A stretch of DNA of 64,000 nt, taken from TPA_inf: Saccharomyces (taxonomy: Eukaryota). Of this stretch, positions 36,877 through 50,268 are shown piece by piece. Within the stretch, counting starts at the first letter, position 1; each line of letters starts with the position of its first letter. Position numbers and translations under genes: made by a program. Location of the stretch: positions 256,001-320,000 of the forward strand of contig BK006936.2 of the NCBI GenBank assembly GCA_000146045.2, in the 5' to 3' direction. The notes under the pieces were generated by a model, which was not told the origin of the DNA, made no database searches, and saw only the letters and a list, made by a program, of their open reading frames with translations.

Positions 36877-38019
36877 TTACCATTCTAAAACAACCATTTT
36901 TTTCTTCCCCTTCCCAGTTATACCTTTTTTGACTAGTTCTAGTAACTGTTCGTCAGTAGTAGTGTTAGTATTCCAGGTAAGAGTTTCAATTTCATCTCTT
37001 GGTGAAATAATGTGACCATAATTATACATTTTGATAAAATCACTGATGGTGTCAATCTTGCTTTGGGGGTTTTTTTTGTTCTTTTCAGTCACCCAGTACC
37101 CTTTGGATGTCAAGCCTTTGAAAATGTGTAGAGATGTTGGTAAAGTTACAGGTTGTTTTGACATTCCTCCATAAGTGAGCATCAAAGCATTATTTTCCAA
37201 CTTACGTGCTATTGATGCACTGGATTTACCTCCAACAGAATTCAAGGCAAGCCTCACCCTTGCATTTTCACCCAAAATCTTGGACAATACTTCTTTGGCA
37301 AAAGTCTTGTCGTTGTTTTGCGATTCGGAAATAACCTTCGTAGCACCATACTTATCCTCCAAAACTTTTGCTACCTCATCAAAATTATCACGGTCACGTA
37401 TAACACTTAATGTTTTGATCCCTTTAGCTTTTGCTACTTGCGTAACTATTTTTGATACACTAGATGTACCGGCATTTTGGATAATCCATTCATTACCGTT
37501 ACTGTTCCAGTCGATATAGTCTGATACTAATTGGAAACCGGTACAACCATTAACAGATACAGTTGCCGCAGAAAACAGATCCAAATCATTTACCTTGATT
37601 AAATCAGAACTACTAGAGAAAACTCTATAATTGGACCAAGTCCCTTGATTTGCCTGCAATGGGATAACTCGGTCACCCAATTTCAAATCTCCCTTGGAAC
37701 TTCCCGAAGGTAAAGAAACAACTTCAAAGACACCCTCATTACCGGCGATAGCGGCTGGCTCATCTGTGGAGTAATCGTATGTCTTTTCTGGACGAGACGG
37801 GTATACTCCTTGCAACTGATTGATATCCGAAGGGTTTATGGGAAAGGCCAAAGTTTTTAACACAATTGATTGAGATAAGTCTTGTTTAGGCGTATAATTT
37901 TTCACTGACAAAACCTTGGTACAATCCTCAACTTCATGAGTTGAATAGATGAGCGATTTGAAGTGCTTGGGAATCTGATGAGCTGAGGACGACATGTAAC
38001 GTTTGAATGTGGGAAGCAT
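36877..38019 (-). CDS. ETR1: Mitochondrial 2-enoyl thioester reductase, MDR family (380 aa)
   Basis: It has a zinc-free medium-chain dehydrogenase fold with an N-terminal mitochondrial presequence (MLPTFKRYMSSSAHQIPKHFKS). Confidence 0.85.
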   Translation of the reverse strand: MLPTFKRYMSSSAHQIPKHFKSLIYSTHEVEDCTKVLSVKNYTPKQDLSQSIVLKTLAFPINPSDINQLQGVYPSRPEKTYDYSTDEPAAIAGNEGVFEVVSLPSGSSKGDLKLGDRVIPLQANQGTWSNYRVFSSSSDLIKVNDLDLFSAATVSVNGCTGFQLVSDYIDWNSNGNEWIIQNAGTSSVSKIVTQVAKAKGIKTLSVIRDRDNFDEVAKVLEDKYGATKVISESQNNDKTFAKEVLSKILGENARVRLALNSVGGKSSASIARKLENNALMLTYGGMSKQPVTLPTSLHIFKGLTSKGYWVTEKNKKNPQSKIDTISDFIKMYNYGHIISPRDEIETLTWNTNTTTDEQLLELVKKGITGKGKKKMVVLEW

Positions 38020-38424
38020 CTTGTTATATCAAATGTAATTGGCAGATTATGAACCTTCTTAAATGACAATGTACGTTTGTAATCTCCAATTTCTTTAGCC
38101 ATGGAAACAACCCCTGGGTACACCACTCGTGCGTCCCTTGGAGGAGAACCACTCTTTTAAGGTAAAAAAAAAAGCACCGGCGGGGTCCAATAATGATAAT
38201 AATACCATAAATAAGGAAGATGGTATCACCGATTGGTCCAGAAGTATTATCCATACAGTTGTTTTTAATATTATTACATACATTATATATTAAAAATGTG
38301 TTTCGTAACCCTAAAGCAAAACAAAGTATATACAGTGACACAGATCCTTTAAACATCAAAAAAACAAAAAAAAGTAAGTCAGTGCAGATCCGAGCCTTCT
38401 CTCTTAATCTATCTAACTTTTAAT

Positions 38425-40002
38425 TCAAAAGTACTTCTCCAAATAGCTACCACTTGCTTTATAACTAAATCCCTTGAACATATCCGGGGACTTGCTCACC
38501 GAATTGATATTAATCGGCTTGCTATCCGTATAGGTTTCCTCATATGACATAGAAGTAAATTCTGTGTCAAAATTTTCCGCTAGTTCCAAATCCGTAATAA
38601 CTGGAACAATTGGGCCTAGAGTGGTTTTTTGCAATTGTCCAGATTCTAATAACTTCCAGTCTATTTTTCTAAAGATAAAATGTTCAGTGAAAAGACTAGT
38701 TCTTGCAGCCCCTGATTTCTTCTTCTTAGACTTAGTAGGCTTATTATTAGCCCCGGTTTTGGCCCAGTATTTGTCAACATTCCACCTTTTGGCAGTTTCC
38801 TTCTTCAACAGCGCGTTTAATATATCTTTCATTCCCTCGCTCAGATAAAATGGAATTTTGGGGCCTTGCTTGTTTTGTTGAATCTTATTAATGATCACCT
38901 TATGATTGCTACCAGTATATGGAGGCTTACCTACTAACATGTCATACAACAGACATCCCAAAGAATACCAATCACAATTCTGACTGTAAGCTTTACCTAA
39001 TAATATTTCAGGCGCACAGTATTCAGGCGTACCGATAATCGAGTATAGGGCATTGACGTTCTCTGGATCCTCCTCATCAACCGCGGAATCATTAGCACTT
39101 TTTTTACTCAGACCAAAATCTGTCAATACTAAATGTCCACGTTGATTCAATAAACAGTTTTCAGGTTTTAAATCTCTATAGACAACACCTTTCGTATGCA
39201 AAAATCTCAAGGCACAGCTGATTTCTGCCGCGTAAAACGAAACTGTCGTCTCATCTAGGGTCCCGTGTTCCTTCAAGTGGTAAAATAGTTCACCGCCAGG
39301 GATATATTGTAGCAGTAAATATAACTTTGAGTTATCGTGAAAAGAATAAAATAACTTGACAATGTTTGGATGTTCTATTTCAGATAGAATAGACCGTTCG
39401 GCAAATGTTCTCTCAAGCCTCTTTGATAATCCATCGTCATTATCGTTGTTATTACCATCATTTTTATCTTCGTCTTCTCTCTTGGAATCTGTGGCTGTTT
39501 GAGAAATTAAAATTTCTGCTTTCCGTAATTGCTTCATAGCATACAGCTTGGATGTATTGACGTCCTTAACAAGAAGAACTTTACCGTAGGCACCTTGGCC
39601 TAGGACTCTCACGGGCTTAAAATCGTGCAGGTTCCTTGATAATTCATTTTCTCCAATATTAGAGGAAATAATGTCCTGAGGTGTTATGGATAGTCTATTC
39701 GTATTAGTTCGCATTGCGTCCGAACCTGTAATAGAAAATCTTCTCGTATTTGGTGGAGTGAGAATAGGGAATTTGGAATAAGCTGAGGACCTTCTTCTCA
39801 TCCTATGTGCAGGACTCATGCCATTTAGCGGAATCGCATTTGAATGAACCGAGAGGTGATTTATACTCTCCTCATATGTGATGGAGCTGCCTTGTTCATG
39901 ATTGATATCATTGTATATTGCCGAGGAATAATCTACTTTAATGTCATTCTTTTTATCATCTAGTGACACACGATGAAGTTCTTCATCTAGTGAGAAAATC
40001 AT
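38425..40002 (-). CDS. YPK3: AGC-family Ser/Thr protein kinase (525 aa; the alternative upstream ATG at 40017 gives 530 aa)
   Basis: It has kinase subdomains (GQGAYGKV...AMK, HRDLKPEN, DFG, APE) and an AGC C-terminal tail FxxF motif. It matches remembered YBR028C. Confidence 0.8.
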   Translation of the reverse strand: MIFSLDEELHRVSLDDKKNDIKVDYSSAIYNDINHEQGSSITYEESINHLSVHSNAIPLNGMSPAHRMRRRSSAYSKFPILTPPNTRRFSITGSDAMRTNTNRLSITPQDIISSNIGENELSRNLHDFKPVRVLGQGAYGKVLLVKDVNTSKLYAMKQLRKAEILISQTATDSKREDEDKNDGNNNDNDDGLSKRLERTFAERSILSEIEHPNIVKLFYSFHDNSKLYLLLQYIPGGELFYHLKEHGTLDETTVSFYAAEISCALRFLHTKGVVYRDLKPENCLLNQRGHLVLTDFGLSKKSANDSAVDEEDPENVNALYSIIGTPEYCAPEILLGKAYSQNCDWYSLGCLLYDMLVGKPPYTGSNHKVIINKIQQNKQGPKIPFYLSEGMKDILNALLKKETAKRWNVDKYWAKTGANNKPTKSKKKKSGAARTSLFTEHFIFRKIDWKLLESGQLQKTTLGPIVPVITDLELAENFDTEFTSMSYEETYTDSKPININSVSKSPDMFKGFSYKASGSYLEKYF

Positions 40003-40368
40003 CCTAATTACTGCCAACAGTATGCTCAGCTAGATTGGTTGATGAAAAATCTTATCATAGGGCACCTTCCAGGTAAAAGATCTACTTACTATTAGTCAGT
40101 ACGTCCTTTTTTCATTTGTTTATAATTTTTTTTTTTTTTTTTTTTTTCTCCTCTCAATATTTTAGAAGTAACATGACAGAGCAACACGTTTATTTTCCTA
40201 CATATAGTCATAAGTATAAAAACGAGCGAGAAATTTTGTTAAAGAATTGATATCATATTTTATAATTTACATAAACTAAATAGGGAAAGAGTAGTATAGC
40301 GTGCATAAGTTTGAAAAAAAAAAACTATTCATACACTCATATATACTTTTATATGGTCTTTTTTATAT

Positions 40369-41742
40369 TCAAGAGTGATTGGTCAATGATTTCTTGGTCA
40401 CATTAAAGATGTCAGCCAACTTTTCAAAATTCTTCGCTGATATTATACCTTTTTTAGATAGGAATCTAATCAAGATATCAATCAATTCTATAATCTGCTT
40501 GTCGTTCAGGTTCATTAAAATAGTGGATAAAACTGTATCTACTGTTATTCTGTGTTCGCTGATGAATGTTTCATAGTACAAATTGGCAAAAGAACCCATT
40601 ATGAATTGGCAATCAACCCTGTCTGTGATACCACCATGGCCTGGGATGGAGTGGCCAAAGTCTTTAACTTTAAAAGTTCTCTTTAGACCAGATGCGAAAA
40701 AGCCTCCAAATGGCGCAAATAATGATGCAAAGGTAGCTAAGTTTAAAGCATGGAAATAAATTGGTTTTACTGTAATTGAATTGATTTGAACTTTATCGAA
40801 AAAGATGGGTGGAAGTCTGTAAACTTGTGGAAGGAAAACTGGGTTTAGTTCACATGTCAAATTAGAGAAAAAATTGGTATGGAGATCTTCAACAGGGCAC
40901 GTCAAGTAAGTATAAGGGCTCAGAATCCTTGTTAATATAATACTAGCTAGAGCAGTGAAAAACCAGGCACCAAGGAAACCTTCTAAAGTTTTCTTGGGCG
41001 AGATTTCTATTAGTTTAGTCTTACCGAATGTAATGCCGCACAGGTAGGCGAAGATATCATTAACAATTACCAACCCGCATGGTAATAAGAACCAGAATAG
41101 CCCATTGAGCACGTTTTTGATGATCAAATGAGCCTGAAATACTACCAGAAGAAGAACCATATGAGTAACGCACAATGATCCGAACTGGAATTTCAAAAAT
41201 CCCTTTCTTAAACTACAAACGAACAGAACAAATCCCATAAGATAGAGACAATAGCAGATAAACTTATGATTTGTTACGATAAAGTTCAATACAGGATACT
41301 CGTAAAAAGTAGCTTGGAAAAACTTGAAGAGTGATTTCCCATCTAAGTAATAGATAGTGGTGAAGAGAAGGTACCAGTTCAACGTCTTTGTCAATGGCAA
41401 ATTCTTTTCGCGACCAGATGCACTTGTTACGGCAATACACTCTTTAAAAGTAGCAATTTGGCAGCCCAAAATCAGCACTATACACCATGCATGACCCGAT
41501 GCTAAGGTGATGAAGAAACCACTGATCATAACAAACGTCCAAACTGTTCTAATGAAAAAGTTGTATTTCCTGCTTTCCTTTGTAGCAGCAGTGCTTTCCT
41601 TGGTCACCGGCGTGACGGATTCGCTGGCGTCCTTGTGGAGTTCTTCTTGCAATTTATCAATCGCCTTTGAGGTGGCGTCAGTAACCGACTCCACAATCTC
41701 CTTGCTCGTACCATGTGGTTTCATCTCAGGGTTGTCAGACAT
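40369..41742 (-). CDS. CDS1: CDP-diacylglycerol synthase (457 aa)
   Basis: Polytopic membrane protein carrying the CTP-transferase signature (SxxKRxxxxKDxGxxxPGHGGxxDRxD: SGLKRTFKVKDFGHSIPGHGGITDRVDCQ). Confidence 0.9.
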   Translation of the reverse strand: MSDNPEMKPHGTSKEIVESVTDATSKAIDKLQEELHKDASESVTPVTKESTAATKESRKYNFFIRTVWTFVMISGFFITLASGHAWCIVLILGCQIATFKECIAVTSASGREKNLPLTKTLNWYLLFTTIYYLDGKSLFKFFQATFYEYPVLNFIVTNHKFICYCLYLMGFVLFVCSLRKGFLKFQFGSLCVTHMVLLLVVFQAHLIIKNVLNGLFWFLLPCGLVIVNDIFAYLCGITFGKTKLIEISPKKTLEGFLGAWFFTALASIILTRILSPYTYLTCPVEDLHTNFFSNLTCELNPVFLPQVYRLPPIFFDKVQINSITVKPIYFHALNLATFASLFAPFGGFFASGLKRTFKVKDFGHSIPGHGGITDRVDCQFIMGSFANLYYETFISEHRITVDTVLSTILMNLNDKQIIELIDILIRFLSKKGIISAKNFEKLADIFNVTKKSLTNHS

Positions 41743-42291
41743 TTTAGGTATATGGAAGTGGAACAGTTAAGTATGACAGGTTCGCTGTTTGGGAAGATAC
41801 TTGGCAAGAAGTGCGTCTTCACAATCTGGCTTACACTAAATAACAATATTGATGAATGCTCCCCCATGCTGTTTACAGTTCTCGATTGTTACACTTTTCA
41901 CATGTCATCCCATCTGAAAAATTTTCAAGAAGGGTATCCGTTGATAATGACTGTCAAATACATAGCGATATAGTACCAATATACAGTGCCTGAAAACGCC
42001 TGGAATAAGCCAAAGCGATCAAGGTGGAGCTCCTGCAGATTGGTTTAGAAAGTAGTGTATTGATAGTTATTTACATGGGCGTTTGTTTATGATTCTTTGT
42101 GCCTAATATATCCACGTTCTCCGTTGAATTCTGAGATGTACTGCATCAAAATAGCGAAAAACGAGCAATAAATATCAGAAAATCAAATGAAGTATACTCG
42201 ATGAAGGCAGCTGAGATGAGGTGGCAGATACAATAAGAAAGATTTGTTGCCATATATAATAGCAATTAAAAAATAAATTTGAAAGAGTGAG

Positions 42292-43950
42292 ATGTCCGTA
42301 ACTTTTAAGGACGATGTTCATCGGATTCTGAAGTTTGTTGCTAATTGCAATGGCAGGTTTGAAGATTCCAAATGTGATATAAGAGAATCGCCTCTCGGTG
42401 GATTGGGTGTCTTTGCAAAGACTGATATTGCAGAAGGTGAGTCAATATTGACGTTGAACAAATCCTCGATTTTTTCTGCATCTAACAGCTCCATTGCCAA
42501 TTTGTTATGTGACAGTAGCATCGATGGAATGTTAGCTCTAAACATCGCATTCATTTACGAAACTACAGTTTTCAGAAATTCTAGTCATTGGTACCCATTT
42601 CTGCGAACTATCCGAATTCGTGATGACGAAGGGCACTTAAACCTGCCGCCAAGCTTTTGGCATGCGGATGCTAAGCGACTTTTAAAAGGAACCAGTTTCG
42701 ATACCTTATTCGATTCGTTGGCACCAGAAGAAGAAATCATGGAAGGATTTGAAATTGCTGTGGATTTGGCACACAAATGGAACGACGAGTTTGGGTTGGA
42801 AATTCCAAAAGGCTTCCTAGACGTTAGTGAGGAGAATCATGAAGAAGATTACAATTTGAAATTAGAAAAGTTTATATCGGTGGCATATACTTTATCATCA
42901 AGAGGATTTGAAATTGACGCGTACCATGAGACAGCTTTGGTGCCCATCGCAGACCTGTTCAATCATCATGTTTCCGACCCGGATTTAAAGTTTGTATCGC
43001 TATATGATGTGTGCGATAAATGTGGTGAACCAGACATGTGTAAACATCTCATAGCAGAGGAATACTTGGAAGCAGAAAATCTAGACAAAAATATGCCCAA
43101 AGTCGCAAGTATGGAGACTCGTGTCATCGATGAAGACTTAATCAAAAGTTTAGAAAATGATTTAGAGAAAGAATACTCTAATGTTACGGCAAACATCGAG
43201 GATGATGATGGCGGTATTGAAAACCCTGACGAATGTGTCGATTTAGTGTTAAAGAATGACGTCGCACAAGGCCAAGAAATATTTAATTCCTATGGTGAGC
43301 TCTCAAACGTCTTTTTGTTGGCCAGATATGGTTTCACCGTACCTGAGAATCAGTATGATATTGTTCATTTAGGACCTGATTTTATGAAAATCTTAAAGAA
43401 AGAAGAAAAATATCAAGAAAAAGTCAAGTGGTGGAGCCAAGTCGGTCATGGCTTGTTTTCAGCATGGTATGCTCAAATGCGCCAAGAAGATGAAGAAGAC
43501 GAAGACGGTCAAGCAAAATCAGACAATCTGTCTGACGATATAGAGAGCGAAGAGGAAGAGGAAGAGGAAGAGGGTGATGATAGCTTGGAATCATGGCTTT
43601 CCCAGCTTTACATAGACTCAAGTGGCGAGCCTTCACCCTCAACGTGGGCCTTAGCTAACCTTTTGACTTTAACGGCCGTTCAATGGGAATCATTGTTTTC
43701 CAAAAAGGCCACTCCTCACATCAGTGATTCTATAGTTAACGAAGAAAAGCTGCCCTTCCTGGCCAAAAAAGACAATCCCCATTCCAAGAAACTGCTTTCC
43801 AACTTACTTAAGGAAAAGCAACTACCTTGCATAAAAGGCGACAACTCGTCAAAGATAACAAGTGCTACTAAAAGCATGCTCCAAAATGCTCGAACACTTG
43901 TACAATCGGAGCATAATATCTTAGATAGATGTCTCAAGAGACTATCCTAA
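42292..43950 (+). CDS. RKM3: SET-domain ribosomal protein lysine methyltransferase (552 aa)
   Basis: It has a SET-like fold with an acidic stretch (EEDEDGQAKSDNLSDDIESEEEEEEEEGDD). It matches remembered YBR030W. Confidence 0.75.
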   Translation: MSVTFKDDVHRILKFVANCNGRFEDSKCDIRESPLGGLGVFAKTDIAEGESILTLNKSSIFSASNSSIANLLCDSSIDGMLALNIAFIYETTVFRNSSHWYPFLRTIRIRDDEGHLNLPPSFWHADAKRLLKGTSFDTLFDSLAPEEEIMEGFEIAVDLAHKWNDEFGLEIPKGFLDVSEENHEEDYNLKLEKFISVAYTLSSRGFEIDAYHETALVPIADLFNHHVSDPDLKFVSLYDVCDKCGEPDMCKHLIAEEYLEAENLDKNMPKVASMETRVIDEDLIKSLENDLEKEYSNVTANIEDDDGGIENPDECVDLVLKNDVAQGQEIFNSYGELSNVFLLARYGFTVPENQYDIVHLGPDFMKILKKEEKYQEKVKWWSQVGHGLFSAWYAQMRQEDEEDEDGQAKSDNLSDDIESEEEEEEEEGDDSLESWLSQLYIDSSGEPSPSTWALANLLTLTAVQWESLFSKKATPHISDSIVNEEKLPFLAKKDNPHSKKLLSNLLKEKQLPCIKGDNSSKITSATKSMLQNARTLVQSEHNILDRCLKRLS

Positions 43951-43983
43951 ATAATATTGAATATGCACTTTTACTATATTAAT

Positions 43984-44059
43984 ATCACGTCACACGACGC
44001 ACAGTGAGAAGTGAAAAATTTTTTTTCAATCTGAAAAAAAAAAAAAAAAAAAAAAAAAA
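43984..44059 (+). promoter_or_regulatory. RPL4A promoter core: an Abf1 site followed by a 26-nt poly(dA) tract
   Basis: ATCACGTCACACG (43984..43996) fits RTCRYNNNNNACG. It is followed by A26 at 44034..44059. This is the classic Abf1 plus T-rich ribosomal-protein promoter architecture, 110-180 bp upstream of the ATG. Confidence 0.5.
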
Positions 44060-44135
44060 TTTATATAAACGAATGGTATCTCCATCACATTTCTTTTAGC
44101 CTCGCAACTTGTACTTTTCATCACTTTTCTTGTAA

Positions 44136-45254
<1,119 letters not shown>

Positions 45255-45518
45255 ACTTATTAGTACATTAAAAATATTCTTTTATTTTTTATATACATAC
45301 ATAAGCCTTTAATACCTTTAAAGCGGTAACGACTGCCTCTTGAACTTAAAATTATTCTTTTTTTTGGATATTTGTTCGTTATGTTTAATGTATATATGTT
45401 GATGTTCGATCAGTTTTACGATATGCTCTTATAGGAACATTTACAGTTTTCCCCGCATTGAGTCCAGACCGAAGGTTACATACAAGATTTCTTCAGCGTT
45501 TGTTACTTCAGGAAGGCA

Positions 45519-45821
45519 ATGGTAATCATACGTATCACATTGAGCAACCTACTGAGGGAGAAAGGAGATTTGTGCCTGGAACTACTTCGTGTAGACAAAG
45601 GAATATACCCCTTTGATACTTCTCAACCAATTGGTAGTATGCAGGTGCTGCTCCCCCACGCTAGTAATTACCCCGGTTCCGCTCAATTTTATCTTTTTGA
45701 CGCGGCTACGAAACTCGGTTTCGAGCAGTCCGTTAACTTAAACTACAGTGAAAATCATTGGTTAAACAACACTCCATGCCAGTATCTGTATGTGTTTTTG
45801 CAACAAGCACGACTGGAGTAA
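45519..45821 (+). CDS. Short ORF (100 aa) at the position of the dubious YBR032W. Probably non-coding.
   Basis: ORF only; it has no recognisable domain and lies in the RPL4A-EDS1 intergenic region. Confidence 0.15.
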
Positions 45822-45943
45822 TAAAGAGTCACGCTAGCAAAATTTGTCTCTATAAGATTAAGATTCTGCTTTATAGCTTTGGAACCTTTCGTAGCTGTAG
45901 CCCGCTACGTAGAAATACATAACAATAGAATAATCTTTCAAAA

Positions 45944-48703
45944 ATGTCACACCATGTTCCTAATTTATATGGTACACCTATTCGCGACCCTCACGAACGC
46001 AAACGCAATTCAGCGTCAATGGGCGAAGTAAATCAGTCAGTTTCTTCGAGGAATTGTGAAAGAGGAAGTGAAAAGGGCACGAAGCAAAGGAAGAAAGCCT
46101 CTCACGCTTGTGACCAATGTAGAAGGAAAAGAATCAAGTGCAGGTTTGATAAACATACCGGCGTATGTCAAGGGTGCTTAGAAGTCGGTGAAAAGTGTCA
46201 ATTTATTAGAGTTCCATTGAAACGTGGTCCTGCAAAAAAAAGGGGCAGTGTAGTATCCATTGAAAAATTCAGCTCGGATAATGATCCTCTTCAATACCGA
46301 CCAAGAACACATTCATACCCAATGAACTCGGGAAATAACTACTTACCATCACTCGCCAGGAATTCCTCTTTTCCTTCCATAAGCAGTCTATTTGTTCCCT
46401 CGATAACTGCTCAATCGCAACAATTTGTAAAGGTGCCGTACGATGACATCAAGCGTAGGAGCTCTCTGGCAATATTAGGCAGCGATTCATCGATATCTAC
46501 CGAATTTGGGGGAAACTATCGCTTAGATGAAAACTTAAATGTCAGGCAAGAGGGGAAGGATATTGTAGCGAAAGGAATGATAACGCCCGTGGAGGAAATG
46601 GGCGCATGTTCATCTAACGTTCGTCGTCAGGGTTCACAATCTCTTCCAATTCAAGAACAGCGCGCTAGCCCGTACATTAACCCTTTTATCTCTGGGAGAT
46701 CCAGGCTAAGCAGCCTTTCCTATACAAGTGAGGCTACAACTTCAGAAGGTAATACGCAAGGTAAAAACCAATGCATGCTTACTCCCAATAGTGTACGTTC
46801 CATTGAAAAGGAACGATTAAACTCGTTAACTGCGGGATTTCCGAACAAAAAATTAGGCACAGATGGTAGAAGTGACAAATGGGACAAAAATTCGACTTGG
46901 AAGCCTGTATATCGATCGTCGAATCCTTCTCATCCTAGCACTGAAAAAAATGTTTCCTTGAATCAGGAAGCCAGTGCTAAACCACTTATGCTTGGAACCT
47001 ACAGACAGTTTGATGCAACCTCGTTCTACAAGGTTTTAGGCATCTACTATAACTTTTTCCATATTAATTTTCCTGTAATACCAATTAACAAAAGTAAATT
47101 TACTGACATGCTTGATCCTGAAAAGCCAAACGTGATTGATGAGATCAGACAAATTAACAATGAAATTATCCAGTGTTTTAAAACCGCGCTAGAGGTATTG
47201 GTATTTTGCAAAATAAAACAAAGAAGGTCATCGAAATCAACAAAATCATGGTCTCGTGACAGTTTATGCGATTTTCAAAAAGGTCTGTATTACATTCAGA
47301 ATTTCAACAAATGTATAGCCGACTGCTTCCAAAGTTTAATAACTATAAAACCCGTATTAAAACAAAATTCCAGTGTTATTCCTTCAAGAATAAAGTTCAT
47401 TTACTTTTCGACAATAATAGTGTTAAATTTTATCTTAATATTGGCCGGTGAGGAAAGCTCGCTTTTGCTAGGCCCCTCTGTTGGGGTTTTTAACGAATTT
47501 CAAGCTCATAAGTTATTTCTACCTTTTCAAAATACGTCCCCAATGCTATTATTAAATTCAAACGAGGAAAGTGGTGACGAGATACTGGATTATGCTGTGT
47601 TGTTCAAAAGGTTGTACATCCTTTTAAACATTCTGGATACGCTACAAAGCTTTCGGCTAGGTCAACCAAAATTAATTAATCTAAATTTTGGTAGCGCCAT
47701 TGAAACATATTTTAGCGATAAAACAGGTCATAACCAAGTCGTCGAAAAAGCTCCCGTAGCTTTGGATAACATTCTACGAAACCTTAAACTTGGTGAATTT
47801 ATAACATATTTTGTCCTTAACAGAAAATCATTGCAAGTAAATGTACCTCACCACTTGCTGTTCACAAATCAAACGGATTACGGAGAGTTCGCTGTTGAAA
47901 AAGGGGAACATGATAATATAGCTGGCAAATTTGAGACCCTTTTGAAGAAAAAGGAAATTTTAATCAGAAAATTACTAAATATTGAACAGAAAAATGACCA
48001 TATTCTAGAAAATTGCTGCAATTCGGATGCTGAAATGAAAAATATCGGAGAGCTAGTCTGCTCAATGATCACTCTGGTATCAGGCATATTAGATTCAATT
48101 ACTAATATGAACGCAGAAAACTCTGTTGATTTGGATTCAAAGCCCCTTCCGAACGCCTATTTTGCTCAGGACAGTGAAGAAGAATTAATGTCGCCAACAC
48201 AAAGTATTACGTCAAATCTTGCCAGTGAAGAAAATACACGTTGCACAACCAAAGACTTGATGGGAACTGTTTCTATTTTCATGCTGCCAATGGTGGAAGA
48301 ATGCTATAATATCATTAGTTTGATAGGACCCATACCTACCACATTAATAAGTTTATACATCCGTAATGGAAATATGGCCAAGGGAATAAATGACAGAATT
48401 ATGACGTTGTCAACTGCGCTGAACGAATTGGTGCAAATAACCGCACTATTTAATACCCTAGAACCTTTTAGGAAGAATGCACATGACCGTGCTAAGCGTT
48501 ACTATGTAAGTGCTACAAGTAGTACCGGATGCTACGAATCGGTAATGAAGAGCATGTATTCCGGAAAATGTGCAGCTAGTAACGCCTCAAACGTTGCGCC
48601 ATCGGAGGAAGAAAACAAAAAGATATTGAAAAAGTTTGCCGACATAGGTTGGAAATTGATGGATGATTCAGAATTGGGTTGTTGCTGTTGCTTCTTTAAC
48701 TAA
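45944..48703 (+). CDS. EDS1: Zn2Cys6 binuclear-cluster transcription factor (919 aa)
   Basis: It has an N-terminal [32 protein letters not shown] zinc cluster. It matches remembered YBR033W. Confidence 0.85.
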   Translation: MSHHVPNLYGTPIRDPHERKRNSASMGEVNQSVSSRNCERGSEKGTKQRKKASHACDQCRRKRIKCRFDKHTGVCQGCLEVGEKCQFIRVPLKRGPAKKRGSVVSIEKFSSDNDPLQYRPRTHSYPMNSGNNYLPSLARNSSFPSISSLFVPSITAQSQQFVKVPYDDIKRRSSLAILGSDSSISTEFGGNYRLDENLNVRQEGKDIVAKGMITPVEEMGACSSNVRRQGSQSLPIQEQRASPYINPFISGRSRLSSLSYTSEATTSEGNTQGKNQCMLTPNSVRSIEKERLNSLTAGFPNKKLGTDGRSDKWDKNSTWKPVYRSSNPSHPSTEKNVSLNQEASAKPLMLGTYRQFDATSFYKVLGIYYNFFHINFPVIPINKSKFTDMLDPEKPNVIDEIRQINNEIIQCFKTALEVLVFCKIKQRRSSKSTKSWSRDSLCDFQKGLYYIQNFNKCIADCFQSLITIKPVLKQNSSVIPSRIKFIYFSTIIVLNFILILAGEESSLLLGPSVGVFNEFQAHKLFLPFQNTSPMLLLNSNEESGDEILDYAVLFKRLYILLNILDTLQSFRLGQPKLINLNFGSAIETYFSDKTGHNQVVEKAPVALDNILRNLKLGEFITYFVLNRKSLQVNVPHHLLFTNQTDYGEFAVEKGEHDNIAGKFETLLKKKEILIRKLLNIEQKNDHILENCCNSDAEMKNIGELVCSMITLVSGILDSITNMNAENSVDLDSKPLPNAYFAQDSEEELMSPTQSITSNLASEENTRCTTKDLMGTVSIFMLPMVEECYNIISLIGPIPTTLISLYIRNGNMAKGINDRIMTLSTALNELVQITALFNTLEPFRKNAHDRAKRYYVSATSSTGCYESVMKSMYSGKCAASNASNVAPSEEENKKILKKFADIGWKLMDDSELGCCCCFFN

Positions 48704-48929
48704 TATTCATGATAACAAGGTGAAAAATAGCATCCTAATGAAGGATAGATAAGTAGATTTTTTCTTTTAAAAACTATAGTACAAGGACATGCAAAGTCAT
48801 ATATCTAAACTAATTTTGGTACACGACCAACAAAAAAGGGTAACAAAGTACACATATTCGCGTCAATAATATGAACAAGTTTGTTTATTTGCTTTTCAAA
48901 TTTTTTTCTTTCTCCAGCAAACAAAAGTC

Positions 48930-49976
48930 TTAATGCATTAAATAAGAACCTTCGTTTTTTCTGCTTCTTGAATTACCGTCGATGCCATTCGATTCGAACT
49001 TGTAAGAAATTTTGATATTTAGATCTCTGTTATTCTTCTCGTTTGGAGAGCAAACCAATTCACCTTCAATGGTGTCACCAGTTTCAGCATCTAGATCATC
49101 AGGGAAATAAAATATTGTTTGCTTCCAGTGAGTGTATGGAGCATGAGGACCAGTGGAGAACTCAACAGGTCTCTTACCCTTTGGTGCAGGGAAAACAATG
49201 TCGAACCAGGTGACTATACCATTAATCATATCTTGTCTCTTGGCCGTCAATTTAAAGTTACTCTTAAACGCTAGATCTGATATTTTTACTGTATTTAAAT
49301 CAAATTCGATCAATTTGTCTGAGGTGGTGTTGACATTGTTTCTTTCCACGGTGTCGACGATGGGCTCGTGTAAGACCAACGGAACAAATGGCGAATAATC
49401 AAACCCGTAAACGTCTTGCCAGTAGTTCAACTTCTCGTCTTTATACTGAGAGTCTTCCAAACCGGCCAAATGAATGGAGCACTTGTCGGGAAAGATCAGA
49501 CCGCCTTCTACCAAATAGTGGTCTCTAGCGTAAAGAACGGTGTCCATCATGGACTCGTATAGTAGAAAGTAACCCATCCATTCAGAAATTATGATGTCAA
49601 CTTTAGGAAAGGGTAAATGAACGTCCTCCAACTTGCCTCTTAGCAAGGTGATCTTGTCGCTGAATCCGTTCAACTCTACCAATTCCTTCGCCATCTCAAT
49701 AATGCTTGACATATCAACACCGATAACATGCTTCGCACCGTGTTTAGCGGCAAACATGGATAAAATACCGGTACCGCAACCGACGTCTAAAACAATCTTG
49801 TCCTTAAAAAGATCCTTATTTTGGATAATTGCGTTTCTGTAAGATAAGGTACGAACAGTATCTTGAAGCATCTCTTCGTGAATACCATAGTGATCGTACG
49901 AATTGAAGTAGTGCTGTTCGCTTTCACTTAGCTTGGTTTTTTCTGTAGCAGAATCTTTCACGGCTGTCTTGCTCAT
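48930..49976 (-). CDS. HMT1: Protein arginine N-methyltransferase, type I (348 aa)
   Basis: It has SAM-binding motif I VLDVGCGTGILSMFAAKHGA and the THWKQ loop. It matches remembered Hmt1. Confidence 0.92.
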   Translation of the reverse strand: MSKTAVKDSATEKTKLSESEQHYFNSYDHYGIHEEMLQDTVRTLSYRNAIIQNKDLFKDKIVLDVGCGTGILSMFAAKHGAKHVIGVDMSSIIEMAKELVELNGFSDKITLLRGKLEDVHLPFPKVDIIISEWMGYFLLYESMMDTVLYARDHYLVEGGLIFPDKCSIHLAGLEDSQYKDEKLNYWQDVYGFDYSPFVPLVLHEPIVDTVERNNVNTTSDKLIEFDLNTVKISDLAFKSNFKLTAKRQDMINGIVTWFDIVFPAPKGKRPVEFSTGPHAPYTHWKQTIFYFPDDLDAETGDTIEGELVCSPNEKNNRDLNIKISYKFESNGIDGNSRSRKNEGSYLMH

Positions 49977-50268
49977 TATTTTCTTTGGATGAATTTGTCG
50001 GTTCTAACTCTTTTTTGGAAACGGCAAGGTGAGCAGTAGGCAGCTCATCTCTTCAACTATTTTTATAACATATAATTTCCCTTTGTGAAAAAATTTTCCC
50101 GCCATTTCCAAATTTCGGAATTCCTTTTTCTTTTTTTTCATCTCGGTATATTCTGACATATTACCCTATAGGCGGTATAAAAAGATTCATTATACAGTAT
50201 AAAATAGAAAATGAGAGAATTATATGGTGTTAAATAGATCCTACATTGAATTTTTCATTAACAGTCCC

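Noticed and set aside
38024-38359. 111-aa ORF overlapping the ETR1 5' end and promoter (position of the dubious YBR027C)
   Set aside because: It is Ile-rich and Cys-rich with low complexity. It overlaps the ETR1 upstream region and has no domain. It is most likely non-coding.
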